Assembly (NCBI GenBank): GCA_002713205.1
Contig: PAVW01000006.1
Coordinates: forward strand, 78,670-99,157
Origin: Nitrososphaerota archaeon
GTDB taxonomy: Archaea; Thermoproteota; Nitrososphaeria; Nitrososphaerales; UBA57
Length of the DNA stretch: 20,488 nt
Direction of reading: 5' to 3'
The notes under the pieces are model-generated. The model did not search any database. It was not told the origin of the DNA and worked only from the letters and a program-made list of their open reading frames with translations. The position numbers and the translations under genes were made by a program. Shown here piece by piece: positions 1 through 7,615 of this stretch; positions within the stretch are counted from its first letter, which is position 1; each line of letters opens with the position of its first letter.

Positions 1-2399
1 AAAAGTCGACGAATTTGTTTTGAAGTTGGTATATTTTTTTTCTTATTGAGCGAAATAAATGCAAGAACTAGAACTGCTATCATACTAGCAATTATTGTAT
101 AAAGAACAGTCTGGAAGTTTTCAGTTACAGCAGAAATAGAATTAATATCATCCTGAAGTTGTTGTATTTGATCTGGCAACCCCTTAAGTGAAGATAAATC
201 TTCAGAAACTTGTGGTGAAGATGGAGCTACACTCATACTAAATGAATTTGTAAAGTTCTGGAATGAAGCAATAATTGAACTAGAACTTGTTTTAAACGAA
301 TCAGATAAGGATGCTAGATTGTCAAATCCAAAATCCATATAAAATGAAGCAGTTGCAACATTACCAGTGGCTTCTATTGCAGTTACAGAATGTGCACCTT
401 GACCAGCTATTGGAATAAATATCCGCGTATTGAATAATCCATTTTCGTCAGTTCTGGTTGTAGACACCATCACTCCACTTACTGTAATGTATATTTCTTG
501 ATCAGGTTGGAAATCAAATCCAGATATTTGAACATCTCTTCCACCAGGTCCATTTGGCGGACTGAGAAAAATTGAAGGAGTGGGCATTGGACCGGTTCTA
601 GCAAACGCAATTTTTTGATTGAATCCGCCAAATTCTCCTAAACGTCCATCTGTCCAAACCATGTATACCTCATCACCAGTTGCTTTAATGTCATTATAAT
701 CACCAATGAACGATCCACTGGGAAAAGCACGGTTAGGATTTGTAGGAAAATCAGTAATTCTAGAATTAGGTAGCCAAGTATTTCCATTATCATCAGAACG
801 AGTGTAATACATATGATAAGTTATTTCACTTGGGCTATCACGGAAATCACCAAAGAATGCATGAATAACTCCATTTTTATCTATATCAAGTGTAGGAAAG
901 AATTGAAAAGAAGAGCCTGGATCGTCATTAATTGTTTTAGGCAGTGACCAAGATTCACCTCGATTAATTGATCGAGTAAAAAAGACATCCCCATCATCAA
1001 CGGGTTTATCTGATGGTCTGCCTCCAAAAGTTAAACTAAGTGAACCGTCAATATCAGAAACAGCGCCACGAGGAAATGCAGTTGCCCAAGATCGAAAGGG
1101 AGCATTTCTTGATCTATAAAATGGTTCATTGAACGTTGATACACGACTACTTGTTGAAATAGAATCACCGCCATCATCAGATCGTGCAATATGAATCTCA
1201 GCAAGTCCTCCAAATGGCCCATCGTCAGTAGAATCAAGATAGGCAATATAGGCAGTACCATCTTCACCTGTAAAGACATTAGGAAATTGTACAACTCGAT
1301 CCTGTTCGCTCTCAAATTGACCCTCGCCACCACCACCAGAATAAGTAGAGAGTACGGTCGGACTAACAGCTATTGGATCAGTCCAAGTTTGGCCATAGTC
1401 ATCTGATTTTACTAATTCTATAGTTGTTTCTAAAACAGGATTTCTAAAATAAAGAAATGCGCCTCCCAAAGCAAAGGAAAAATCATAACGTGTTACGAAA
1501 TGAGTGTAAACGACGTAAATAATATCTTCATCAGGGTTTTCAGGATTTGGACCCGATGCAATCCAAGGTTTATCTAAAAATCCAAATTTTAATGTTCCAG
1601 TACTTTCTTCGAAAGGATTTCCACCAGCCGGTGTTTCTTGCCATTCTAAAGTTATTGAACTACGAGCACTTGAAATTGGTTGTTGCCAAGTTTCACCACC
1701 ATCCGAAGATCTTGTAATTGAAATACTAGAAACAACTTCTTGAAGTGGAACGCCACCAAGGTTAAAATCTTCACTGCCAACTGAAATACAGCCCATATAG
1801 ACATTACCTTTTCTATCGAAGGTAAGAATCGGATCGCCAGCAGCTCCCAAATCCTCAGCTAGGTATTTTGACTGATATGCACCTTGCCAACTTTGACCTC
1901 CATCAATACTAATATAGGAAACAACATTAGCAAAATTATAATCAATAGTACCTACTACAATATGGTCTGGATCATTAGGATTAACTGCCATTGCGGGTTC
2001 AGTTTGTATTGGAACAGTACCATAATCTCTAGTAATAAGTATGTTTCTACTGAATTTCTGAGAAGGATCACGGTAAGGTACTAGAGCGGCAGCGCCTGCT
2101 GCTTGCATTTTTACATCGTCAGGATTATTTTTCCAATCTTCAATTGCTTGTTTTTTTGCATTATCAAATCTATAATCTTGTCCAGTAACAACTCTTTCTG
2201 AAGAACCTGACAATTTGTTAGCAATAGGTTCATGGAACAACATTCCACTTTCAGGAATTAGAGGCGATATTGCTCTAAAAGGTCGTGCACCACTCCATAT
2301 AATATCTTCAGGTCCAGCTAATGCAGAATTAAGCATAGGACTAAATAATGAAGAAAGTAAAATAAATGCTAAAAGATAGCCATAGTATTTCCTAGACAT
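1..2399 (-). CDS. Exported BNR/Asp-box repeat (sialidase-like beta-propeller) surface protein, C-terminally membrane anchored; 3' end runs off the left edge of the window
   Basis: The minus strand is open from ATG at 2399 to position 1 with no stop. I checked the frame codon by codon for the last 66 codons. It is missing from the ORF track because it is partial. The N-terminus MSRKYYGYLLAFILLSSLFSPMLNSALA looks like a signal peptide. There are six Asp-box motifs: SIDGGQSW, SSDGGETW, SDDYGQTW, SDDGGDS, SINRGESW, SDDNGNTW. These are followed by an Ig-like segment (VQISGFDFQPDQEIYITVSG...HSVTAIEATG), a short coiled region, a hydrophobic anchor (VLYTIIASMIAVLVLAFISL) and then NKKKN. Confidence 0.85.
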   Translation of the reverse strand, partial: MSRKYYGYLLAFILLSSLFSPMLNSALAGPEDIIWSGARPFRAISPLIPESGMLFHEPIANKLSGSSERVVTGQDYRFDNAKKQAIEDWKNNPDDVKMQAAGAAALVPYRDPSQKFSRNILITRDYGTVPIQTEPAMAVNPNDPDHIVVGTIDYNFANVVSYISIDGGQSWQGAYQSKYLAEDLGAAGDPILTFDRKGNVYMGCISVGSEDFNLGGVPLQEVVSSISITRSSDGGETWQQPISSARSSITLEWQETPAGGNPFEESTGTLKFGFLDKPWIASGPNPENPDEDIIYVVYTHFVTRYDFSFALGGAFLYFRNPVLETTIELVKSDDYGQTWTDPIAVSPTVLSTYSGGGGEGQFESEQDRVVQFPNVFTGEDGTAYIAYLDSTDDGPFGGLAEIHIARSDDGGDSISTSSRVSTFNEPFYRSRNAPFRSWATAFPRGAVSDIDGSLSLTFGGRPSDKPVDDGDVFFTRSINRGESWSLPKTINDDPGSSFQFFPTLDIDKNGVIHAFFGDFRDSPSEITYHMYYTRSDDNGNTWLPNSRITDFPTNPNRAFPSGSFIGDYNDIKATGDEVYMVWTDGRLGEFGGFNQKIAFARTGPMPTPSIFLSPPNGPGGRDVQISGFDFQPDQEIYITVSGVMVSTTRTDENGLFNTRIFIPIAGQGAHSVTAIEATGNVATASFYMDFGFDNLASLSDSFKTSSSSIIASFQNFTNSFSMSVAPSSPQVSEDLSSLKGLPDQIQQLQDDINSISAVTENFQTVLYTIIASMIAVLVLAFISLNKKKNIPTSKQIRRL

Positions 2400-2421
2400 A
2401 AGAAATACATGCAATAATGGC

Positions 2422-2429
2422 ATTTATAT
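2422..2429 (-). promoter_or_regulatory. Candidate TATA box (ATATAAAT on minus strand) for the BNR gene; implies a leaderless mRNA
   Basis: The centre of the AT box lies about 26 nt upstream of ATG 2399, the canonical archaeal TATA-to-TSS spacing. There is no room for a 5' UTR or SD. Confidence 0.35.
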
Positions 2430-2473
2430 CATTTTTCATAAAAATAAATTGTCGGATAACAAAAAATATCGAT

Positions 2474-3340
2474 TTAGGCAATAAGACTTAAAGCTGCATC
2501 CATTCGAATAATGACAGCTAAAAGAGCATCATTTCTGAATTCAACTATCTCTTCATTATAAGTATATGCACCACTTAATTGACCTTCAATAATCCAATTA
2601 ATATATTCTTCATCATTTGTAACATTATCTAATTTAGCAATCCAATCATAATATGGATCAATTTTTGTAATGACTTTATCAATTGCTGGGCCAAGTGATG
2701 AATCAGTTTGAAGGGCAATGGTTTTAACATTTTTCCAATGTTGTTGAGCTTCATTTCTTGTTTGTGGAATTTCTTTTCTGATCTCAACTAAAAGCAATTT
2801 GTCATTGTCAAATCGTAAAATAACCGACTTGATAGAAACAAGTTTGTCATTGATTCTAGTAACTTCAGCATCAGAAAGATCTTTTTCACGTAATATAGTA
2901 TCGAGTTCTAATTTTTGTAATTCAAAATTATCTTGTAGATTAGATACATCTGTATTCAGTCGATTAATTTGTGAATTAAACTGAATATTTTCTTGTTCAG
3001 ACTGCATCAAGTTTTGATTTAAAATAGCTATATTTGCTTTTGCATCATTAAGATTACGTTCAGTTAATTCAAGATCTTCGACACGAGAATTCAGAAAATC
3101 AATTTCAGAATTTAATACTTCCTCATGTGCACGAAGCTCACTAAGTTGTGGGGTGATATAAGAATAACTCAAAAGAGAGCCAAAAATAAAGGCAATAAAA
3201 ATCGATACGAATAGTTTAGAATATTTAGTTAATATAATCGAAGAAGATTGATTTGATTTAAATCTGCTATTTGATTTAGATCTGCGACTTTTTTTCTTAA
3301 CTGGCATAATTATAATCCAGATGACGTTACTTATAATCAT
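2474..3340 (-). CDS. Hypothetical membrane-anchored coiled-coil protein
   Basis: 288-aa ORF. It has a basic N-terminus (KKKSRRSKSNSRFK), one TM helix (LFVSIFIAFIFGSLLSYSYI), about 130 aa of heptad-like Q/N/E/L-rich sequence (LNSEIDFLNSRVEDLELTERNLNDAKANIAILNQNL...) and a C-terminal globular part. The start could be ATG 3340 or ATG 3307 (MPVKKK). A TATA-like TTTATAAT at 3374-3381 fits 3340 better. Confidence 0.7.
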   Translation of the reverse strand: MIISNVIWIIIMPVKKKSRRSKSNSRFKSNQSSSIILTKYSKLFVSIFIAFIFGSLLSYSYITPQLSELRAHEEVLNSEIDFLNSRVEDLELTERNLNDAKANIAILNQNLMQSEQENIQFNSQINRLNTDVSNLQDNFELQKLELDTILREKDLSDAEVTRINDKLVSIKSVILRFDNDKLLLVEIRKEIPQTRNEAQQHWKNVKTIALQTDSSLGPAIDKVITKIDPYYDWIAKLDNVTNDEEYINWIIEGQLSGAYTYNEEIVEFRNDALLAVIIRMDAALSLIA

Positions 3341-3396
3341 AATGCATTAAGCATCAAAATAATAAAAGCAAGATTATAAATCACTAACTACTTTAA

Positions 3397-3882
3397 GTGG
3401 TATTGGAAACTGTATATTTTTTATCAGTATTAATATTATCTAGTTTTGCTGGATTAATTGGTTCATTATTAGGTCTTGGGGGAGGGTTCATAATTGTCCC
3501 TGGACTGAATTTGTTATTTAATATTCCAATACATCTAGCCATAGCAACGAGTTTTTTAGGAGTTCTAGTGACTTCGAACAGTTCGTCATTAATATATATA
3601 AAAAATAGAATGACAAACATCAGATTGGCATCAATATTAGAATCAGGAGCCATTGTAGGGACAATAATAGGTGCCACAATATCACTTTCTATAAACAAAG
3701 ATTTACTAAGTATAATTTTTTCAATTGCTTTATTTTATACAGCATACAATATGAACAAGAAAAAAAACCAAGCAGAGCATTATAATAATAAAAGCATTTT
3801 AAGAAATGAGTTGAAGGGAGAATATTTTGAAACTTCTCAAAACAAAATAATAAAATATTCAATAAAAAATATAAAAAAATGA
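3397..3882 (+). CDS. TauE/SafE (TSUP, DUF81) family anion-exporter-like permease, N-terminal 4-TM half, ended by an in-frame TGA
   Basis: GTG start. The TSUP signature LLGLGGGFIIVPGL sits in the first TM, followed by further TM helices and a K/N-rich loop ending ...KYSIKNIKK, then TGA at 3880-3882. The same reading frame continues as the second half of the protein (see the next feature). Confidence 0.8.
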   Translation: MVLETVYFLSVLILSSFAGLIGSLLGLGGGFIIVPGLNLLFNIPIHLAIATSFLGVLVTSNSSSLIYIKNRMTNIRLASILESGAIVGTIIGATISLSINKDLLSIIFSIALFYTAYNMNKKKNQAEHYNNKSILRNELKGEYFETSQNKIIKYSIKNIKK

Positions 3883-3957
3883 ATATCATTTAGTTTCTTT
3901 GGCGGTATATTCTCTGGATTATTAGGAATAGGCGGAGGTGCAATATTTGTACCAATA

Positions 3958-4239
3958 ATGAATAAAATAATGAGAGTTCCTTTAAAGGTTTCAATTGCAA
4001 CAAGTAGTTTTATAATTGGAATAACATCATTTATCGGTGCATTAGTTTTTTTAAAAAATGGGTTCTTTGATCCAGTTTTAGCAGCACCAACAATTATTGG
4101 TATGTTTATTGGTGCTCAAATAGGACCAAGAATAAATCAATACATAAAGAAGGATCTATTATTAAAAATATTTATTGGTGTTTTAATATATATTGCAATA
4201 CGTATGTTATTAAATGGATTACAGTTAAAATTAATTTGA
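3958..4239 (+). CDS. TauE/SafE (TSUP) permease, C-terminal half; conserved coding sequence actually begins right after the TGA at 3883
   Basis: It is in the same frame as 3397..3882 (both start coordinates are 1 mod 3). Codons 3883-3957 read ISFSFFGGIFSGLLGIGGGAIFVPI, which is the second TSUP repeat signature. They contain no ATG, GTG or TTG. The first ATG (3958) would remove this motif-bearing TM helix. Confidence 0.7.
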   Translation: MNKIMRVPLKVSIATSSFIIGITSFIGALVFLKNGFFDPVLAAPTIIGMFIGAQIGPRINQYIKKDLLLKIFIGVLIYIAIRMLLNGLQLKLI

Positions 4240-4245
4240 TTTAAA

Positions 4246-4614
4246 ATGTCAGAAGATTACAATATGAGAAAACTAGAAAATGCAATTCTCAATGTTATAA
4301 AATTCGGATTAAGTCTTACTATAATTTTTGTAATTTCATGGAGTATAAGTGCAATCTATAAATTAAACTATATTATATCTGATTTTCAATATTTTAATTT
4401 AATAAAAGATTGCAATAATTGTTATCCTTTATTTCAAAATATTATTAATATGCCAATCATTTTTGCAATAGGATTATGGTTTTTATTCTTAATACCAATA
4501 ATTCGTATAATATTAGTAACATTAACGTTTTGTTTTAGTGAAAAGAAGATATATGCACTATATAGCTTACCCATATTAATTATATTTATAATCGTTATTG
4601 TGGGTGGAATTTAG
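4246..4614 (+). CDS. Small multi-pass membrane protein, DUF1634-like
   Basis: 122 aa with 3-4 hydrophobic helices. It starts 7 nt after the TSUP stop. In my recollection DUF1634 membrane proteins are commonly encoded immediately downstream of DUF81/TSUP genes. The family assignment is by context and architecture only. Confidence 0.55.
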   Translation: MSEDYNMRKLENAILNVIKFGLSLTIIFVISWSISAIYKLNYIISDFQYFNLIKDCNNCYPLFQNIINMPIIFAIGLWFLFLIPIIRIILVTLTFCFSEKKIYALYSLPILIIFIIVIVGGI

Positions 4615-4620
4615 AGCAGT

Positions 4621-4914
4621 TTATTCTGTAATAACTTCTAATGTTCCATAACGGCCCACATTTAGTTTCACTTCTCCACGGAAACTATTAGTATAACCAT
4701 TACCAATTTTGATTTTGGATCCTATTTCAACCTTGTTGATGTCTTCATTCCATAATGATAAAGTAATTTCACCACTATCATCTTTAATTTTAACATCTGC
4801 TACATTTGCTTCATTACCAAAACGCGTATTTACAGTACGAGTCTCTCCTTTTTCGCTTACTTCAGCCTCAAGGTCAATATTACGTGCCCCATCAGTTAGT
4901 TCAGAAATTTTCAT
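4621..4914 (-). CDS. ssb: Single OB-fold ssDNA-binding protein (crenarchaeal-type SSB core), lacking a C-terminal tail
   Basis: 97 aa. The pattern of ...NIDLEAEVSEKGETRTVNTRFGNEANVADVKIKDDSGEITLSLWNEDINKVEIGSKIKIGNGYTNSFRGEVKLNVG matches the Sulfolobus SSB OB core (...ISEAIVGDETGRVKLTLWGK...[20 protein letters not shown]). There is no Gly/Arg/acidic tail. Confidence 0.75.
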   Translation of the reverse strand: MKISELTDGARNIDLEAEVSEKGETRTVNTRFGNEANVADVKIKDDSGEITLSLWNEDINKVEIGSKIKIGNGYTNSFRGEVKLNVGRYGTLEVITE

Positions 4915-4924
4915 ATAATTATTA

Positions 4925-4946
4925 TATTTTAAAGTGTATTTTAAAG
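4925..4946 (-). promoter_or_regulatory. Tandem TATA-like decamer (CTTTAAAATA x2, 12-nt period); the distal copy is the likely TATA box of a leaderless ssb mRNA
   Basis: tattttaaag occurs at 4925-4934 and again at 4937-4946. The centre of the distal copy is about 27 nt upstream of ATG 4914. The proximal copy is too close to act as that gene's TATA box. Confidence 0.35.
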
Positions 4947-5023
4947 ATTTCCTTCAAAAATGAGAGATTATTGTTTTGAATATTATTTATAAAAAAAAAG
5001 TAAAAAGTTATAAAATTTTGACC

Positions 5024-5031
5024 TTTATTAA
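5024..5031 (+). promoter_or_regulatory. Candidate TATA box (TTTATTAA) for the GlcNAc-1-P transferase gene
   Basis: Its centre lies about 30 nt upstream of ATG 5058, which fits a leaderless or near-leaderless transcript. Confidence 0.3.
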
Positions 5032-5057
5032 GGAAAAATTATCAGTAGTTATTAAAA

Positions 5058-6059
5058 ATGATTATAAATTCTTATTTTAATATCGGATTAGTTATAAGTG
5101 TAATAACTTGCATAAGCATATTTATTTGTACTAAGTTTTTAATTTCAATACTTTGGAAATTTAAAAGTATAGTATTAGATTACCATAAATCCAAAAAAAG
5201 CTTTGTTGCTCATCCAGGTGGACCATCTATTATTATAACAATTTTAATTGCAGAAATTGTTCTATATTATTTTACTAATGAATTAAAGATAATAGCTATT
5301 ATTTTAACTACAATAATAGCTGGAACTATAGGATTAATTGACGATTTAAAAAATTTAGGGGGGTATTGGAAACCAATTTTATTATTATTATCCCCTATTC
5401 CAATTATATTTCTGGATGTTTATAATCCAAATTTATTATTTCCGCTATTTGGAGCTGTACATATGACAATAATTTATCCCGTATTAATTCTAATTGCCAT
5501 ACCAATTACATCCAATACGATTAACACAATTGATGTACTTAATGGGGTTTCATCAGGATTCACACTTGTTGCAGCAATACCATTAGTTTTTGCTTTGTTA
5601 CTTAAGGGAGATTGGATAATGGTTCTTGCTACAATACCACTAATATTGACATTAACAATTTTTTTACATTACCATAAATATCCTTCAAAAATATTTCATG
5701 GAGATTCAGGTACTCTTTCAATTGGAGCAATGTATGGAGCAATAGCAATCATAGGAGGAGTTGAAATAATAGGAGTTATTGCCTTATTACCTGCAATTTT
5801 GAATTCATTCTTTTTCTTAGCTAGTGTAAAGAGATTCACAGAACATAAACTGATAAAAATAAGACCAACAATTGTTTTGCCTGATGGAATTATAACAGCA
5901 GAAAAAGATCATAGAGCCCCAATCACTTTAGTAAGATTAATAGTAGCTGGAAATCCATCAAATGAGAAGACCATAATAAAATACATGATGATATTAGCTA
6001 TATTTTCATCATTTTTAGCAATAATAGTTTCTCTAGCAATGTTTGGTGTGGCAATATGA
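5058..6059 (+). CDS. Polyprenyl-phosphate HexNAc-1-phosphate transferase (MraY/WecA/AglH, glycosyltransferase family 4)
   Basis: 333 aa with about 10 TM helices. Family motifs are present: GLIDDLKNL (DD motif), NTINTIDVLNGVSSG (NxxNxxDGxxG-like) and HYHKYPSKIFHGDSGTLSIGA (F/MGDxGS-like). Confidence 0.85.
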   Translation: MIINSYFNIGLVISVITCISIFICTKFLISILWKFKSIVLDYHKSKKSFVAHPGGPSIIITILIAEIVLYYFTNELKIIAIILTTIIAGTIGLIDDLKNLGGYWKPILLLLSPIPIIFLDVYNPNLLFPLFGAVHMTIIYPVLILIAIPITSNTINTIDVLNGVSSGFTLVAAIPLVFALLLKGDWIMVLATIPLILTLTIFLHYHKYPSKIFHGDSGTLSIGAMYGAIAIIGGVEIIGVIALLPAILNSFFFLASVKRFTEHKLIKIRPTIVLPDGIITAEKDHRAPITLVRLIVAGNPSNEKTIIKYMMILAIFSSFLAIIVSLAMFGVAI

Positions 6060-6295
6060 AGAATATATTTCCATTATTAGGTTTAGTTTTTATTTCATTT
6101 GTATTAGTTCTATTAATTTTTGGAATCATATTCACAATAATAGTACCAATTAACAATTTATTTCAATTTAGACTGGGAAATATAATAACTGGAATATTAA
6201 AAACAAGCATGGTAGTTATTTTATGCATGACTTGGATTTACGCAATTAATAGAATTACAAAATTTTATTTAGATGATAGATTAAAGAATCAATAA
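6056..6295 (+). CDS. Hypothetical small 2-TM membrane protein, translationally coupled to the transferase
   Basis: 79 aa. Its ATG (6056-6058) overlaps the upstream TGA (6057-6059) as ATGA. There are two clear hydrophobic helices. I recognise no motif. Confidence 0.55.
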   Translation: MKNIFPLLGLVFISFVLVLLIFGIIFTIIVPINNLFQFRLGNIITGILKTSMVVILCMTWIYAINRITKFYLDDRLKNQ

Positions 6296-6319
6296 TAATA
6301 TTTAATTAAAAATTATAAG

Positions 6320-6787
6320 CTATATGTTCAATATAGAATTCTGTATTTCTTGATAATCAGGTTCTTGACCAGGATTATCTGCAAGCCATTTATATTGAAC
6401 AATGCCTTTTTCATCAATAATAAAAACTGATCTTGTAGCAACAGTATATCCATCCAAGTCTAGAAAATTCTGATATTCAATTCCAAATTGTTTGATAACA
6501 GTTTTATTATAATCACATAAAAGTAGGAAAGGAATATTATTTTTTTCTTTAAATTCTTTAACGCTAAATGGATAATCTACACTTATACCAATCACTAGTG
6601 CATTCACATCATTAAATTTACTTAAATTATCACGAAAATTACATAATTCAGATTGACAAACTCCAGTAAATGCAGCTGGGTAAAAAACTAGAACGGTTTT
6701 CTTTCCTTTATATGTAGATATATTAACAGAATTACTATCTGCGTCAGGAAGTTGAAAATCAGGTATAGAATCACCTACATTAATCAT
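6320..6787 (-). CDS. Peroxiredoxin (AhpC/TSA family, AhpE/BCP-like, with CX4C)
   Basis: 155 aa. It has VGDSIPDFQLPD..., then VLVFYPAAFTGVCQSELCNFRD, which carries the peroxidatic Cys in the FTGVC context and a second Cys five residues later. The overall layout is collinear with mycobacterial AhpE. Confidence 0.9.
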   Translation of the reverse strand: MINVGDSIPDFQLPDADSNSVNISTYKGKKTVLVFYPAAFTGVCQSELCNFRDNLSKFNDVNALVIGISVDYPFSVKEFKEKNNIPFLLLCDYNKTVIKQFGIEYQNFLDLDGYTVATRSVFIIDEKGIVQYKWLADNPGQEPDYQEIQNSILNI

Positions 6788-6805
6788 ATTAAATGATAAT
6801 TATTA

Positions 6806-7312
6806 CTAATATTTAGGAGTTCTTTCCCATTTTTTCATTTTATTATTATAATCTTCACGAGAATAAACAACTTTAGCTGGAGAGCCAAATACAACGGTAT
6901 CTGCTGGAACATCCTTAATTATTATAGAGCCCATTCCAACAACACTGTTTTTTCCTATTGTGACACCAGATTTTATTACTGATCTTGCACCGATCACAGC
7001 ATTGTCTTCAACATAAACGCCATCAAGTTTTTTACTTGGTGGATAAGGGTCATTTGTTAAAGTTGCAGAAGGACCAATAAATACGTTTTTTCCAATAATG
7101 CATTTAGGGGCAATGTAAACTAAACCCTCAATTTTTGTATTAGAATCAATTTTAACATCATAATCGATATGGCAAAGAGAACCTATAATCACATCATTCC
7201 CAATAATAGTATTATTACCAATGTATGAGAGATTCCAAATTTTTATACGGTCTCCTAATTTTACATTATTGCCAATGAATGTAGTTTTTGAGATTTGATT
7301 AGTTGATTCCAT
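6806..7312 (-). CDS. Left-handed beta-helix (hexapeptide repeat) sugar N-acetyltransferase, WbpD/WlbB-like
   Basis: 168 aa with repeated [LIV]G-x4 hexapeptides (IGNNVKLG, IGNNTIIGNDVIIG, IGKNVFIGPSATLTNDPYPPS, IGARSVIKSGVTIGKNSVVGMGS) and VFGSPAKV near the C-terminus. It lies in an operon with a Gfo/Idh/MocA oxidoreductase. Confidence 0.85.
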   Translation of the reverse strand: MESTNQISKTTFIGNNVKLGDRIKIWNLSYIGNNTIIGNDVIIGSLCHIDYDVKIDSNTKIEGLVYIAPKCIIGKNVFIGPSATLTNDPYPPSKKLDGVYVEDNAVIGARSVIKSGVTIGKNSVVGMGSIIIKDVPADTVVFGSPAKVVYSREDYNNKMKKWERTPKY

Positions 7313-7321
7313 ATATATCAG

Positions 7322-7615
7322 CTAATCTTCAGGTTTAATATTAAAAGGGAGACTTTGATAGATTATTTCATCTGGTAATTTATTTTTCCATTTTATTAAG
7401 AAATTAGTTTCTTGACTTTGATTTCTTAAGTGATCAGGAAGAAGAATAGGAATTCCGTCTATAATTGGATAAAATCTAGTACATTCACCACAACGAAATA
7501 CACCTGAAACTATTTCAGAAGAAGAATCATCTAATACAAGAAGTAATAATGGTGATTTTTTGTCAATAGGACAAGCAAGAAACTTATGTAATTCATGTTT
7601 CAAAGAAATCATCAT
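7322..7615 (-). CDS. Trm112-like (DUF343/UPF0434) zinc-ribbon-fold small protein with a C-terminal extension
   Basis: 97 aa. It has LACPIDKKSPL ... FRCGECTRFYPIIDGIPILLPD, the Trm112/YcaR hallmark (YPI-x-DGIP-x-L), with the first CxxC knuckle degenerate. Its start overlaps the upstream stop as ATGA (7612-7615). Confidence 0.65.
   Translation of the reverse strand: MMISLKHELHKFLACPIDKKSPLLLLVLDDSSSEIVSGVFRCGECTRFYPIIDGIPILLPDHLRNQSQETNFLIKWKNKLPDEIIYQSLPFNIKPED

Noticed and set aside
1031-2084. ORF-track entries 1031..1336 (-), 1191..1406 (+) and 1884..2084 (+)
   Set aside because: All three lie inside the long BNR-protein reading frame, out of frame or antisense. Their products are low-complexity with no motifs. 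The real gene is the edge-truncated minus-strand ORF that the track omits.
3873-3882. Selenocysteine recoding or programmed -1 frameshifting at the A7 run + TGA in the TSUP gene
   Set aside because: The downstream half is in the same (zero) frame, so no frameshift is needed. A Sec codon in a loop between two transporter repeats has no functional rationale. I see no SECIS-like structure, and Sec machinery is not known in this lineage. Plain read-through, a nonsense mutation or an error remain possible and are reported as a finding.
2799-4918. Antisense or overlapping ORFs 2799..2984 (+), 3393..3698 (-), 3689..3889 (-) and 4709..4918 (+)
   Set aside because: Each is the reverse-strand shadow of a motif-bearing gene (coiled-coil protein, TSUP permease, SSB). 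AT-rich genomes generate such shadows by chance.
6301-6310. Perfect 10-nt palindrome TTTAATTAAA between the convergent genes at 6295 and 6320
   Set aside because: It is AT-only and short. It is expected by chance at this base composition and cannot form a stable hairpin.
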